Shown: positions 9,318 to 19,233, counted from the stretch's first letter. The stretch: DNA of 64,000 nt from Gammaproteobacteria bacterium (GCA_965221695.1 OZ244905.1:1376001-1440000); one strand, 5' to 3'. Translations and numbers: made by a program. Notes: generated from the letters alone by a model not told the origin.

Positions 9318-11537
9318 ATGCACAAATCACTAAAAGCAGTTAACTGCCTGCGTACAAGCAACATTATGATGGTCCTCGGTCTGCTGGTCTTATGGACAGG
9401 ACAGGCACGAACCCAAAGCGATGTATTGGAAGAAATAGTGGTCACCGCGGAGAGGCGCGCGGTCAGCATGCAGGACACCGCTATCTCCATCACGGCATTC
9501 ACGGGAGAACAACTGGCCAGGGCCGGTATTGAAACATCCGAACAACTTACAGGTTTCACACCTGGTCTTAATATACAACGGGATGTAATTGGCAAAGTGG
9601 TTATGCGCGGCATCGGCACCGAGAATTTTACCGTCGCCGGCGACCCGGGCGTTGCGGTCTCCATCGATGGCGCCTACCTGTCCCGCTCCAATGTAGCCAT
9701 ATTTGACCTCTATGACCTGGACCGCGTTGAAGTCCTGCGAGGGCCGCAAGGCACGCTTTATGGCCGTAATGCAACCGGCGGGGCGATAAACTTCATCACC
9801 GAAAAACCGACTCAAGAGTTGGCCGGATACATCTCCGCGGAGTACGGCAACTACGATAAAATCCGGGTGGAAGGCGCGATCAGCGGCCCTCTGGGTGAGC
9901 ACGTCAGGGCGCGCCTGTCCGGATTGACCCACCATCGCGATGGCTTTACCGACAACGTGTTTCCAGGTATCGGCGCTGGTCTGGACGAACTGGATGACAA
10001 GGATCTGTGGGCGCTGCGCGGACAACTGGAGTTCCGCCCTTCCGAAACACTATCCATCCTGGTCTCAGTCGATAATTACGAAGACGACAGCATCGCGTCA
10101 CCCTATAAGTACATCGCGGACCCGCTGATTTATTTCGGCGGGGCGCCTTTCCCGAACCCGCTTCAGAGCGACTTGTTCACCGTATCACAGGGCTATGAAC
10201 TGGACACACCCGGATTCCCGGACTGGCGCGCGCCAAGCCCGGGCCAGGCATCACAGACAGGCGCCAGCGGCACGATCACCTGGGATGTAACACCGGGTCT
10301 GACTGTGAAGTCGATCAGCGCCTGGCGGGATATCAGTTTTGAATGGTTGAATGACGGCGACGGCATTGAGGCTTACCTGGTGAATTACTGGCAGGACGAT
10401 TCTTCCGAGCTGTTCACCCAGGAAGTCCAGTTGCTTTCGGATACCGGCGGAAGACTGAGTTGGATCATTGGTGGATATTTGCTGACAGAGGATTCGGACT
10501 CCCGCATCGGCATCCCGTTGCCTTTGGGCGCGGGTCTGCCGCTGGCAGTGCTGATCGAAGGCTCCACAGAAACAGACGCTTATGCGGTATTCGGTGAAGC
10601 CAGTTATAACGTTTTCGAGCGGCTGAAAGCAACGGCCGGTTTGCGTTACAGTTACGAAGAAAAATCCGCGGATTATGTGGACGATCGCACCTCGTTGGGC
10701 GCGCCCGCACCCGGGATGATCGATGATTCCGATAGTTGGAGCGCCTTTACCCCGAAGTTCGGCCTGGACTACTTCATCAACGATGACATTATGCTCTATG
10801 GCTCGGTTACCTGGGGTTTCAAGAGCGGCGGCTTCAATATGCTTGCAATACAACCGAGTTATAATGAGGAAGAGGTGATCAGTTACGAAGTCGGTTTCAA
10901 GAGCCGTTTCAACCAGGACCGCACCCAACTGAACGCATCCGCATTCTACTATGATTATGAGGATTTGCAGGTAGGCAAGGTGGTGGAACTCAACGCCACT
11001 ATCGAGAACGCCGCGCAAGCAACCATCTATGGCGCCGAGATAGAGCTGGATACCTTGCTCACGGAACAATTCAGAGTATCTGCCGGCGTTTCCATCCTGG
11101 AAACCGAATACGACAGTTTTATCACAGAGGACAAAGACTTGTTCGGCGCTCCTTCAGTGAGCCTGAAAGGTAATGAATTGCCGCGCGCGCCTAATTTTAC
11201 CAGTTCCGTCAGCGCGCAATACATCCTGCCGTTGGGCGCAATGGGTGAACTGGAGGCGTGGTTCAACTGGCAGCATACGGGCAGCCAGTATTTCACGCCT
11301 TTCAACAGGGCTAGCTTCAAGCAGGATTCCTATGACCTGATTAACGCCAGGGTCAGTTACAAGGCGACCGAAAACTGGGAGATATCGGTCTATGGCCAAA
11401 ACCTGAGTGACGAGGAGTATTTTACCAATGCCCTCGAATCCGGTGTGCCGACGCCGGGAGTGGATCGTGTCGTCCCGCAATTCTTTGTCGGCGCGCCGAG
11501 AACCTACGGAGTCAGGATCAGGTATCTGTTTAACTGA
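9318..11537 (+). CDS. TonB-dependent receptor
   Basis: LEEIVVTAERR TonB box, RVEVLRGPQGTLYGRNATGGAINF plug motif, C-terminal PRTYGVRIRYLF. Confidence 0.95.
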   Translation: MHKSLKAVNCLRTSNIMMVLGLLVLWTGQARTQSDVLEEIVVTAERRAVSMQDTAISITAFTGEQLARAGIETSEQLTGFTPGLNIQRDVIGKVVMRGIGTENFTVAGDPGVAVSIDGAYLSRSNVAIFDLYDLDRVEVLRGPQGTLYGRNATGGAINFITEKPTQELAGYISAEYGNYDKIRVEGAISGPLGEHVRARLSGLTHHRDGFTDNVFPGIGAGLDELDDKDLWALRGQLEFRPSETLSILVSVDNYEDDSIASPYKYIADPLIYFGGAPFPNPLQSDLFTVSQGYELDTPGFPDWRAPSPGQASQTGASGTITWDVTPGLTVKSISAWRDISFEWLNDGDGIEAYLVNYWQDDSSELFTQEVQLLSDTGGRLSWIIGGYLLTEDSDSRIGIPLPLGAGLPLAVLIEGSTETDAYAVFGEASYNVFERLKATAGLRYSYEEKSADYVDDRTSLGAPAPGMIDDSDSWSAFTPKFGLDYFINDDIMLYGSVTWGFKSGGFNMLAIQPSYNEEEVISYEVGFKSRFNQDRTQLNASAFYYDYEDLQVGKVVELNATIENAAQATIYGAEIELDTLLTEQFRVSAGVSILETEYDSFITEDKDLFGAPSVSLKGNELPRAPNFTSSVSAQYILPLGAMGELEAWFNWQHTGSQYFTPFNRASFKQDSYDLINARVSYKATENWEISVYGQNLSDEEYFTNALESGVPTPGVDRVVPQFFVGAPRTYGVRIRYLFN

Positions 11538-11566
11538 TACCTGATACGGACCTTGCGCGCATCGTC

Positions 11567-12385
11567 ATGGCCTACTACCAACTCACGGATGGTGTTCCTG
11601 TCTACTACATTGATCAGGGAAGCGGACGACCGCTGGTATTGCTGAATGCGCTGATGTTCTCAGCCGATTATTTCTGGCAGAAAAATCTGCCGGAACTGGC
11701 CGCACAGGTCCGGGTTATCGCGCCGGATCTACGCGGCCAGGGACTCAGCGGCAAACCCAATCATGGCTATACGATTAAGCAACTTGCCAGTGACTTGCAT
11801 GAGTTGCTTGAACATTTGGACCTGAATGATATTGTGCTGCTCGGTTATTCCCTCGGCGGATTCGTCGCGTTACAGTATCTTGCCGATTATTCCAGCGCGC
11901 GCACAGGCCATCTGGCGCTGATGGAAATGACACCGAGGCTTCCCTCCACCGAGGGCTGGGAACACCCGACCTTCGGAGACTTCCCCAAGGACGCTGCAGA
12001 CGCTTATGGCGCTTCATTACGCAAGGACCGCTCCATCTACGACGATTTTTTTCAGGCAGCCTTCCTGGAACCACCGACAGGTGATGCTCTCCTGGAGATG
12101 GTTGCCCAGACCTGGCTTACCCCCACCGACGTCGCAGCCACCATGATCGATGAAATGGTAAAACAGGATTGGCGTGCGCATCTTAGCGGCATCACCGTAC
12201 CGACCACCTTGTTATACAGCTATCCCAATAACAGGATTTTGCCAACACCGGTAGGACAATGGATGGCAGAACAAATACCTGGCGCTTCGCTGGCGCTGTT
12301 TGACAAAAGCAGCCACGCGCCATTCTGGGAAGAGCCGGAAAAATTCAACCGGTCGCTGTTGGCCATATCAGCTTCCGCACAATAA
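11567..12385 (+). CDS. Alpha/beta fold hydrolase (arylesterase/perhydrolase-like)
   Basis: DLRGQGLS, GYSLGG nucleophile elbow, SSHAPFWEEPEKFN. Confidence 0.85.
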   Translation: MAYYQLTDGVPVYYIDQGSGRPLVLLNALMFSADYFWQKNLPELAAQVRVIAPDLRGQGLSGKPNHGYTIKQLASDLHELLEHLDLNDIVLLGYSLGGFVALQYLADYSSARTGHLALMEMTPRLPSTEGWEHPTFGDFPKDAADAYGASLRKDRSIYDDFFQAAFLEPPTGDALLEMVAQTWLTPTDVAATMIDEMVKQDWRAHLSGITVPTTLLYSYPNNRILPTPVGQWMAEQIPGASLALFDKSSHAPFWEEPEKFNRSLLAISASAQ

Positions 12386-12399
12386 CCTTTACCTCGGCA

Positions 12400-13074
12400 A
12401 TGAACACGGCGCCCAGTTTCCTCTATTTGCAGCTATCCGGAACCGGTAGCAATATGGCTTACCTGGATGCGCTGCAAGAATTGCTTGCCACAGAGTCATG
12501 CAGGTTGCTTGGAACAGGCGACCGCGCCACAGTAGAATGCCTGGAGGCCGGCACACCGCCGGCAGAGCTTGCGCTGTTCCGGTTTGAGGACGCGCAACTG
12601 GCCAGGGAACTGTGGAACAGCGATGCCAACCAGCACCTGCTTGCCGCCAACGGGCTGGCTGACGATCCCGGAACATTGGCATTGCTGGCGCCGGGATTAC
12701 CCCACATCGGTCTGCCGGAAACGCCCGAAATACCCACTATCGCATCGGTTGAACCGCCGGCCGGAAGAGGCCCCCGCTGTTATATGGTCATCCAGGGAAC
12801 CGGCACGGACCAGGCCAGGATGGACAGGTACCGGGACATCATCCTGCCAATGATGGCGGAATTGGGCAGCTTCTACATTGCTTTCAACATCGGAGGAGGA
12901 ACCGATGTGCTTGCCGGAACCTGGCCCTGGGAGATTTTTGCCGTTTCCCGCTGGCCGGATTACCGCGCCGGACACGATTTCTGGGATTCTGATCGCTACC
13001 GCAATGTGGCAATACCCTTGCGTACCGGCGCAGGGACATTTCATGTACACTTTTTCAAGGGTGAAACTGACTGA
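12400..13074 (+). CDS. DUF1330 family protein, apparently two tandem domains
   Basis: C-half VLAGTWP....VSRWPD...GHDFWDSDRY...IPLR; N-half ECLE......ALFRFEDAQLARELWNS. Confidence 0.7.
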   Translation: MNTAPSFLYLQLSGTGSNMAYLDALQELLATESCRLLGTGDRATVECLEAGTPPAELALFRFEDAQLARELWNSDANQHLLAANGLADDPGTLALLAPGLPHIGLPETPEIPTIASVEPPAGRGPRCYMVIQGTGTDQARMDRYRDIILPMMAELGSFYIAFNIGGGTDVLAGTWPWEIFAVSRWPDYRAGHDFWDSDRYRNVAIPLRTGAGTFHVHFFKGETD

Positions 13075-13113
13075 GCACCCAGAAACTGGTAAGCCGTTAA
13101 CCGTTACAATTCC

Positions 13114-14007
13114 ATGGCCGGATATATCGACATCGTATGCAACCTTTACACGCCCCGGGTGGTTGCCGAGGGCCGCGACGGTCTTGACAGCGCGTTCAAA
13201 TCCCAGGTGCGGATGCCGCAAGCGATCCGGGGAGGCGTGACCATTGAGGACTACCTGAATAAAATGGACAGGTCTGGCGTCGAACTCTCGTTCCTCATTG
13301 CCGTTCGAGGAGGCGACCTGCGCATGGAAGGTTCATTTGAAGTGCCTTACCAGTATGTGATGGATGTTTGCAGCGAATATCCCGACAGGTTTGCGGGAAT
13401 TGCAGGCATAGATCCCATGCGCGGCATGAAGGGGCTGAAAGAACTTGAGATTGCAGTAACCGACCTTGGTTTCATCGGCGCGCATTGGTATCCGCACTGG
13501 TTCAATATGCCGCCGGATGCCGCGCAGATATACCCGTATTACGCCAAGTGCTGCGAGCTCGATATACCAATCATGTTGCAGGTGGGACAGAATCTCGTAT
13601 ACAGCAGGGACAGACGGCTGCTCAGTGTCGCCCGGCCCATTACCCTGGACGCAGTTGCCTGTGATTTCCCCGAACTCAAACTCATCGGGATCCATATTGG
13701 CGTGCCATGGACTGAGGAAATGATCGCGATGGCATGGAAACATGAGAACGTCTTCATCGGCTCCGATGCGTATGCGCCAAAACACTGGCCGCGCGAATTT
13801 ATTCATTATGCGAACACCTATGGAAAGGAAAAGGTGTTGTTTGGCACGGATTGGCCCGTGATTGATCCTGAACGCGCGGTGAGTGAAGTAACAGAGCTTG
13901 GTTTCCGGGATGAATCCTTTTCTTTGTTGATGCGCGACAATGCGCGGCGTGTTTTCGGATTAGCGAATAGCGCAGCTCAACCGCGCAAGGCTGGTTTGCA
14001 GACCTGA
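13114..14007 (+). CDS. Amidohydrolase_2 family metallohydrolase/hydratase/decarboxylase
   Basis: YPDRFAGIAGIDP, YPYYAKCCELDIP, DFPELKLIGIHIGVPW, KVLFGTDWP. Confidence 0.85.
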   Translation: MAGYIDIVCNLYTPRVVAEGRDGLDSAFKSQVRMPQAIRGGVTIEDYLNKMDRSGVELSFLIAVRGGDLRMEGSFEVPYQYVMDVCSEYPDRFAGIAGIDPMRGMKGLKELEIAVTDLGFIGAHWYPHWFNMPPDAAQIYPYYAKCCELDIPIMLQVGQNLVYSRDRRLLSVARPITLDAVACDFPELKLIGIHIGVPWTEEMIAMAWKHENVFIGSDAYAPKHWPREFIHYANTYGKEKVLFGTDWPVIDPERAVSEVTELGFRDESFSLLMRDNARRVFGLANSAAQPRKAGLQT

Positions 14008-14019
14008 CGGGAGCCACGG

Positions 14020-15570
14020 ATGATTGCAGATCCGACTGTTGTTACCGATACGCCGCCATCCGTTGCGACCGCTATAGCGCAAAACGCCGCCCGCGACCCC
14101 GACAAAGTCGCCGCCGAGGATCGTTTTCGAAAGGTCAGTTACTCTGCGCTCAGCAAACGCATAGCGGCCGCGGCAACGATGGCATTCCGGGAACCGCTGC
14201 TTGCCGGCGGGCAGCATTGCGGCATCCTGTCAAAAAACCGCATCGAATATATCGAACTCGTCGCCGGCCTGCCTGAGGCCCGCATTGCCGCAACCACCAT
14301 CAATCCCCTGCTGTCTCCCCGTGAGATACAAGAGATATGTGATGACGCAAGGGTAAAGGTACTATTTGTTGACCCACCCAATGAGTCGGTTGTTTCCGGC
14401 TTAACATTTGCTACGGTTGAAAAAACGATCGTTTTTGGCAGCCAATATGAATCCTGGCTGGCGCAGGCGGAACACGGACTGCGGCTGCCTGGCGCTGACC
14501 AGGAGCGTCCGTTCACAATTCCGTACACCTCCGGGACTACCGGAAAACCCAAAGGCGTGTTGGTTTCGATGCGTTCCAGGGTAAGAACGTTTTCCGGCAT
14601 GCAGTCCTGTTACGGCTGTTTCGGCCCGGATGACCGTTTCCTTGCGTTGGCGCCACTATGTCATGGAGCGGGCCTGCTGTTTCCACTCGCTGCCGTATAT
14701 TTTGGCGGTTTCACCCGGATACTGGATGCTTTTGACCCGGAACAGGTTCTCAGGCTGTTGAATGAAGATTCCATAAGCGGTGTGTTTATGGTGCCCACGC
14801 ATTTTCATCGTATCTTCGCGCTTGAGGATAACCTGCTCAGGAAGATGTCACCCTATCGCTGTTTGCGAACCATCATATCCAACGCGGCGCCGCTGCCGCA
14901 AGCGTTCAAGGAAAGGATCATCGCTTATTTCGGCGAAGGGTTGCTGCACGAGACCTACGGCTCCACGGAGGGCGGTATCGTCTCCAACCTGCAACCTGCT
15001 GACCAGTTGCGCAAATTCCAATGCGTCGGGCAGCCTTTTCCGAATACCGAAATAAGTATTCGAGACGAGAACGGCGCGGAATGCGCTGCAGGGGAAATCG
15101 GCGAATTGTTTTCCCGAAGTCCTTACCTGTTTAACGGTTATTGGCAACGGAACAGCGAAACTGAACAAGCGCTAAGAGACGGCTGGTGCACCGTAGGCGA
15201 CCTCGCCCGTTTTGATGATGAAGGCCATGTTTATATTGTTGACCGGAAAAAAGACATGATCATCACCGGCGGCATTAATGTTTACCCCCGGGAGATAGAG
15301 GAAACCCTGCTCAGGCACACCGATATCGTAGATGCCGCGGTGGTCGGCGTCGCAGATGACAAATGGGGAGAAAGAATCAAGGCATTTGTGGTAACCCGCG
15401 ATGGCGCGCCGCCGAATGAGGCAGAACTCCGCCAACACTGCGAAACGACTCTTGCCAGGTTCAAAACGCCGGCGGAAATCCAAGCGATAAATCAAATTCC
15501 CCGAAATGCCTCCGGCAAAATATTGAAAACGGAACTGCGCAAACTCCAAGATAATGTAACCGCTGATTAA
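14020..15570 (+). CDS. Acyl-CoA synthetase / class I adenylate-forming enzyme
   Basis: YTSGTTGKPKG, YGSTEGG, GD....D...IVDRKKDMII, PRNASGKILK. Confidence 0.92.
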   Translation: MIADPTVVTDTPPSVATAIAQNAARDPDKVAAEDRFRKVSYSALSKRIAAAATMAFREPLLAGGQHCGILSKNRIEYIELVAGLPEARIAATTINPLLSPREIQEICDDARVKVLFVDPPNESVVSGLTFATVEKTIVFGSQYESWLAQAEHGLRLPGADQERPFTIPYTSGTTGKPKGVLVSMRSRVRTFSGMQSCYGCFGPDDRFLALAPLCHGAGLLFPLAAVYFGGFTRILDAFDPEQVLRLLNEDSISGVFMVPTHFHRIFALEDNLLRKMSPYRCLRTIISNAAPLPQAFKERIIAYFGEGLLHETYGSTEGGIVSNLQPADQLRKFQCVGQPFPNTEISIRDENGAECAAGEIGELFSRSPYLFNGYWQRNSETEQALRDGWCTVGDLARFDDEGHVYIVDRKKDMIITGGINVYPREIEETLLRHTDIVDAAVVGVADDKWGERIKAFVVTRDGAPPNEAELRQHCETTLARFKTPAEIQAINQIPRNASGKILKTELRKLQDNVTAD

Positions 15571-15653
15571 ATCGGAGGATTCGACGCGGCTGGGATACCA
15601 CTCTTATGGTCCGGAAACGACTTATGACATAGCAGCCGTGATATGATGAGCAA

Positions 15654-15680
15654 AGGAAACTGACTTGATCACAGGTTCCC
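15654..15680. repeat. Remnant of the terminal hairpin of the five-hairpin element, at the island right edge
   Basis: aggaaactgacttgatcacaggttccc versus aggaacctctgacttaatcagaggttcct; immediately before the trkH ATG. Confidence 0.5.
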
Positions 15681-15682
15681 TA

Positions 15683-17134
15683 ATGCAACTCCTTGTCATC
15701 CAGAAAATTCTCGGGCTGCTGCTGATGCTGTTCAGCGTGACTATGCTGCCGCCGCTGAGCATTGCGCTGTGGTACGAGGATAAGACAGTCAAGACATTTA
15801 TGCTGTGTTTCATGCTGATACTCAGCATCGGCGCGTTTCTGTGGCTGCCGGTGCGTAAGGTCAGCAAGGAGCTGCGCCTGCGGGACGGTTTCATCGTCGT
15901 GGTATTGTTCTGGGCAGGATTGGGACTGATCGGCGCGCTGCCGTTCCTGCTTGCATCCGACCCCGATATGTCATTTACCGATTCGCTGTTTGAATCCGTT
16001 TCCGGTCTGACTACCACCGGCGCCACGGTGATGACCGGTCTTGACCAACTGCCGAAATCCATCCTGTTCTACCGCCAGGAACTGCAATGGCTCGGAGGAA
16101 TGGGGATCATAGTCCTGGCAGTGGCAATCCTGCCGATGCTTGGTATCGGTGGAATGCAGTTATACCGTGCGGAAACACCGGGACCTATCAAGGACTCCAA
16201 GCTGACACCCCGAATCACCGAGACCGCGAAGGCGCTCTGGTACATCTACCTGTCCCTGACCATCGCCTGCGCGCTGATGTACTGGCTTGCCGGGATGTCG
16301 CCGTTCGATGCGATCAGCCACAGTTTCTCCACGGTCTCGATAGGCGGATTTTCGACCCACGACCAAAGCATCGGCTACTTCGACAGTGAATTGATCAACG
16401 CCGTAGCGGTAGTGTTCATGCTGATTGCCGGCATCAATTTCACGCTGCATTTCATCGGTTGGCGATCCATGAGCCTGAACACCTACCGGAAGGACTCCGA
16501 GGTGAAAGCATTTGTCGGCGTTCTTCTTGGTCTGTGCGTAATCAGTTGCGTCTACCTGGGCTTGAAGGCGACTTACGACGACGCCCTGGGCACGATCAGC
16601 CATGGCGTGTTCCAATCCGTATCCATCGCCACAACCACCGGTTTTACCACCGCCGCCTACCAGGACTGGCCAACATTCCTGCCGGTGCTGCTGATCTTTG
16701 CCAGTTTCATCGGCGGCTGCGCCGGTTCCACGGGCGGCGGGCTGAAGGTGATCCGGGTGGTGCTTCTTTACAAGCAGGGCAAGAGGGAAATCAGACGCCT
16801 CGTCCACCCGAATGCCATCATCCAAATCAAACTCGCCGGTAAACCGGTCGATGAATCCGTCATCAACGCAGTCTGGGGTTTCTTTGCCGCCTATGTGGCC
16901 GTGTTCGCATTGATGCTGATCCTGCTGATGGCTACCGGCCTGGACCAGATCACGGCTTTTTCCGCGGTGGCCGCCTGCCTCAACAACCTGGGGCCCGGCC
17001 TCGGCGAGGTCGGCGCCAATTACACCGGGATCAGCGACATGTCCAAATGGCTGCTGTGCCTGGCCATGCTGCTGGGAAGGCTGGAAATCTTCACCTTGCT
17101 GGTACTGTTGACGCCTGTCTTCTGGCGCAGGTAA
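15683..17134 (+). CDS. trkH: Trk potassium uptake permease
   Basis: FESVSGLTTTGAT, QWLGGMGII, GGCAGSTGGGLK, NNLGPG, GRLEIF. Confidence 0.95.
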   Translation: MQLLVIQKILGLLLMLFSVTMLPPLSIALWYEDKTVKTFMLCFMLILSIGAFLWLPVRKVSKELRLRDGFIVVVLFWAGLGLIGALPFLLASDPDMSFTDSLFESVSGLTTTGATVMTGLDQLPKSILFYRQELQWLGGMGIIVLAVAILPMLGIGGMQLYRAETPGPIKDSKLTPRITETAKALWYIYLSLTIACALMYWLAGMSPFDAISHSFSTVSIGGFSTHDQSIGYFDSELINAVAVVFMLIAGINFTLHFIGWRSMSLNTYRKDSEVKAFVGVLLGLCVISCVYLGLKATYDDALGTISHGVFQSVSIATTTGFTTAAYQDWPTFLPVLLIFASFIGGCAGSTGGGLKVIRVVLLYKQGKREIRRLVHPNAIIQIKLAGKPVDESVINAVWGFFAAYVAVFALMLILLMATGLDQITAFSAVAACLNNLGPGLGEVGANYTGISDMSKWLLCLAMLLGRLEIFTLLVLLTPVFWRR

Positions 17135-17217
17135 TACGTAATTGCGCTTCCGGGGCAGAGTCAGTCAGTTACAGAGGATTATGCTGACGCTGAATATCAC
17201 GGACTAGTACTCTTTCA

Positions 17218-17802
17218 ATGAGCGAAACTGACCAGAAAAAATGGGACCGGATTTATACGGACAGCGCCGGCAAACCCGCCGGTCCCTGCCGGGCGCTGGC
17301 GGACCATTCGCACCTGCTGCCTGCCGGGGGAGATGCGCTGGACCTGGCCTGCGGGCGCGGCGGCAACGCGCGGTACCTTGCCGCCCGTGGATATGCCACC
17401 CGGGCCTGGGATATCTCTCCGGTGGTGGTAAAAACCCTGTCGGACCAGGCGCGCTGCCAGGGATTGCCGCTGATTGCGCAACAACGGGATGCCGGCGCAC
17501 ACCCGCCCGAGCCGGAGACCTTTGACATCATCGTCGTCAGCCGTTTCCTGGACAGGGCGCTGGCGCCCGCAATCTGTACCGCGCTACGGCAGCGGGGCTT
17601 GCTGTTCTACCAGACCTTCATCCGGGAAAAAGTGTCTGACAGCGGCCCGAATAACCCGGCGTACCGCCTGGAAGCAAATGAATTGTTGCGGCTGTTCGGG
17701 TCGCTGCATATCCTGTTTTACCGCGAGGAAGGCTGCGTGGGCGATACCGACCGGGGTTTCAGGAACGAGGCGATGCTCGTGGCGCAGAAAAGATGGATAT
17801 AA
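17218..17802 (+). CDS. Class I SAM-dependent methyltransferase (TehB-like)
   Basis: ALDLACGRGGNA, FDIIVVSRFLDR, YRLEANELL. Confidence 0.85.
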   Translation: MSETDQKKWDRIYTDSAGKPAGPCRALADHSHLLPAGGDALDLACGRGGNARYLAARGYATRAWDISPVVVKTLSDQARCQGLPLIAQQRDAGAHPPEPETFDIIVVSRFLDRALAPAICTALRQRGLLFYQTFIREKVSDSGPNNPAYRLEANELLRLFGSLHILFYREEGCVGDTDRGFRNEAMLVAQKRWI

Positions 17803-18101
17803 CCACACTTGAAGCCATGCTGGAACGGGGCCAGGACAATACACTGCTGCGCTTTACCCTGGGCAACCTCCTGTACCAGCAGAAGGCGTTTACAAAAGCC
17901 CGGCTGCACCTGTCCCGGGCAGTGGAGATGGACCCGGACTACTCCGCCGCGTGGAAACTATACGGCCGGACTCTGGCCGCGGCCGGGGAGCCGGACGCCG
18001 CAGCCAAGGTCTTCAAGCAAGGTATTGCAATCGCCGAAAAGCGCGGCGACATCCAGGCGGCAAAGGAGATGAAGGTATTCCTGCGCCGCCTGGAAAAATA
18101 A
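17793..18101 (+). CDS. Small tetratricopeptide-repeat protein
   Basis: DNTLLRFTLG, DPDYSAAWKLYG, GDIQAAKEMKVFLRRL. Confidence 0.85.
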   Translation: MDITTLEAMLERGQDNTLLRFTLGNLLYQQKAFTKARLHLSRAVEMDPDYSAAWKLYGRTLAAAGEPDAAAKVFKQGIAIAEKRGDIQAAKEMKVFLRRLEK

Positions 18102-18151
18102 TCCACAGGTGAATATAGATAAAGCCCATCAACACATCTGCCTTAACCTAA

Positions 18152-18237
18152 CCCGCAACAGCGGGTGTCCAGTCTACTACTGTGTCGCCTGAAAGGCGGC
18201 GCTTTGTTTTACTGGATTCCCGCTTGCGCGGGAATGG
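18152..18237. repeat. ~90 bp three-hairpin REP/RIME-like repeat, copy 1
   Basis: cccgcaacagcggg..tccag...tgtcgcctgaaaggcggc...ctggattcccgcttgcgcgggaat; matches the reverse complement of 33590-33680. Confidence 0.8.
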
Positions 18238-18291
18238 TATGGGGTGCAGATCAGTTAGTAAAATTTACACAGCAAACCATCCGAGGATAGA

Positions 18292-19233
18292 TCAAGTCCT
18301 GATCTGTAGTCCGCCTACCAGTTCGGCCACATTGCCGATGCGATGCTCGTCCAGGTATTGCGCGATGCCGGCGTTGATCTTTTTGCACACCAGGGGGTCG
18401 TAGAACAGCGCGGTGCCTATCCCTATCGCGCTGGCGCCGGCAAGAAAAAATTCCAGGGCATCGTTCGCGGTCGTAATACCACCCTGCCCGATGATCGGTA
18501 TGTTGTGCTCCCTGCATACCTGGTAGACCTGCCAGGTCTTGAGCAGTGCGATGGGCTTGATGGCGGGACCGGACAGCCCACCCTGGTTGGTCCCGATCAC
18601 CGGGGTGCGCGTATCCAGGTCGACCGCCATGCCGGTGATGGTATTGATCACTGCCAGGGCGTCACTGCCGGCGGCAATACACCGGCGCGCATTCTCGACA
18701 ATATCGGTCTGGTTCGGTGACAGCTTGGTGATGAGCGGCTTGTCGGTCTCGCGCCGGCACGCCGCCACGACCTGCGCCGACATCTCCGGGTAGTTACCGA
18801 AGCTGACACCGCCCTCCTTGATGTTCGGACAGGAAATATTGATCTCAATCGCATCAATTGCCGAGTCATCAAAGATACGCGTTACCTCGGCGTATTCGTC
18901 GATCGTGGAACCGCACACGTTGGCGATGAACCGGGTCTCGGAAAAATCCAGCCTCGGCAGGTAGTCATCCACCACCTGGCGCGCGCCGGGGTTCTGCAGA
19001 CCGATGGAATTGAGCATTCCCATATAGGTTTCGGCAACGCGATGGGCAGGATTGCCAAGGCGCGCCGCCAGGGTTGTGCCTTTCAGGCAAACCGCACCCG
19101 CGTCGCGGTTGGAGAAACCCTTGACACGGGTATATTCCTCACCGAAACCGACACAGCCGGACAGTAAAACCAGTGGAGTATCGAATTGCATGCCGCAAAA
19201 GTCTATGGCGAGGCTGCTGTGAGGATTTGACAT
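18292..19233 (-). CDS. pyrD: Dihydroorotate dehydrogenase, family 1 type
   Basis: CLKGTT, NSIGLQNPG, EINISCPN (catalytic Cys), KLSPN, GGLSGPAIKP. Confidence 0.9.
   Translation of the reverse strand: MSNPHSSLAIDFCGMQFDTPLVLLSGCVGFGEEYTRVKGFSNRDAGAVCLKGTTLAARLGNPAHRVAETYMGMLNSIGLQNPGARQVVDDYLPRLDFSETRFIANVCGSTIDEYAEVTRIFDDSAIDAIEINISCPNIKEGGVSFGNYPEMSAQVVAACRRETDKPLITKLSPNQTDIVENARRCIAAGSDALAVINTITGMAVDLDTRTPVIGTNQGGLSGPAIKPIALLKTWQVYQVCREHNIPIIGQGGITTANDALEFFLAGASAIGIGTALFYDPLVCKKINAGIAQYLDEHRIGNVAELVGGLQIRT

Noticed and set aside
5898-15682. Integrative element or prophage explanation for the island
   Set aside because: No integrase, transposase, tRNA or flanking direct repeat was seen; only a short repeat remnant at the right edge.
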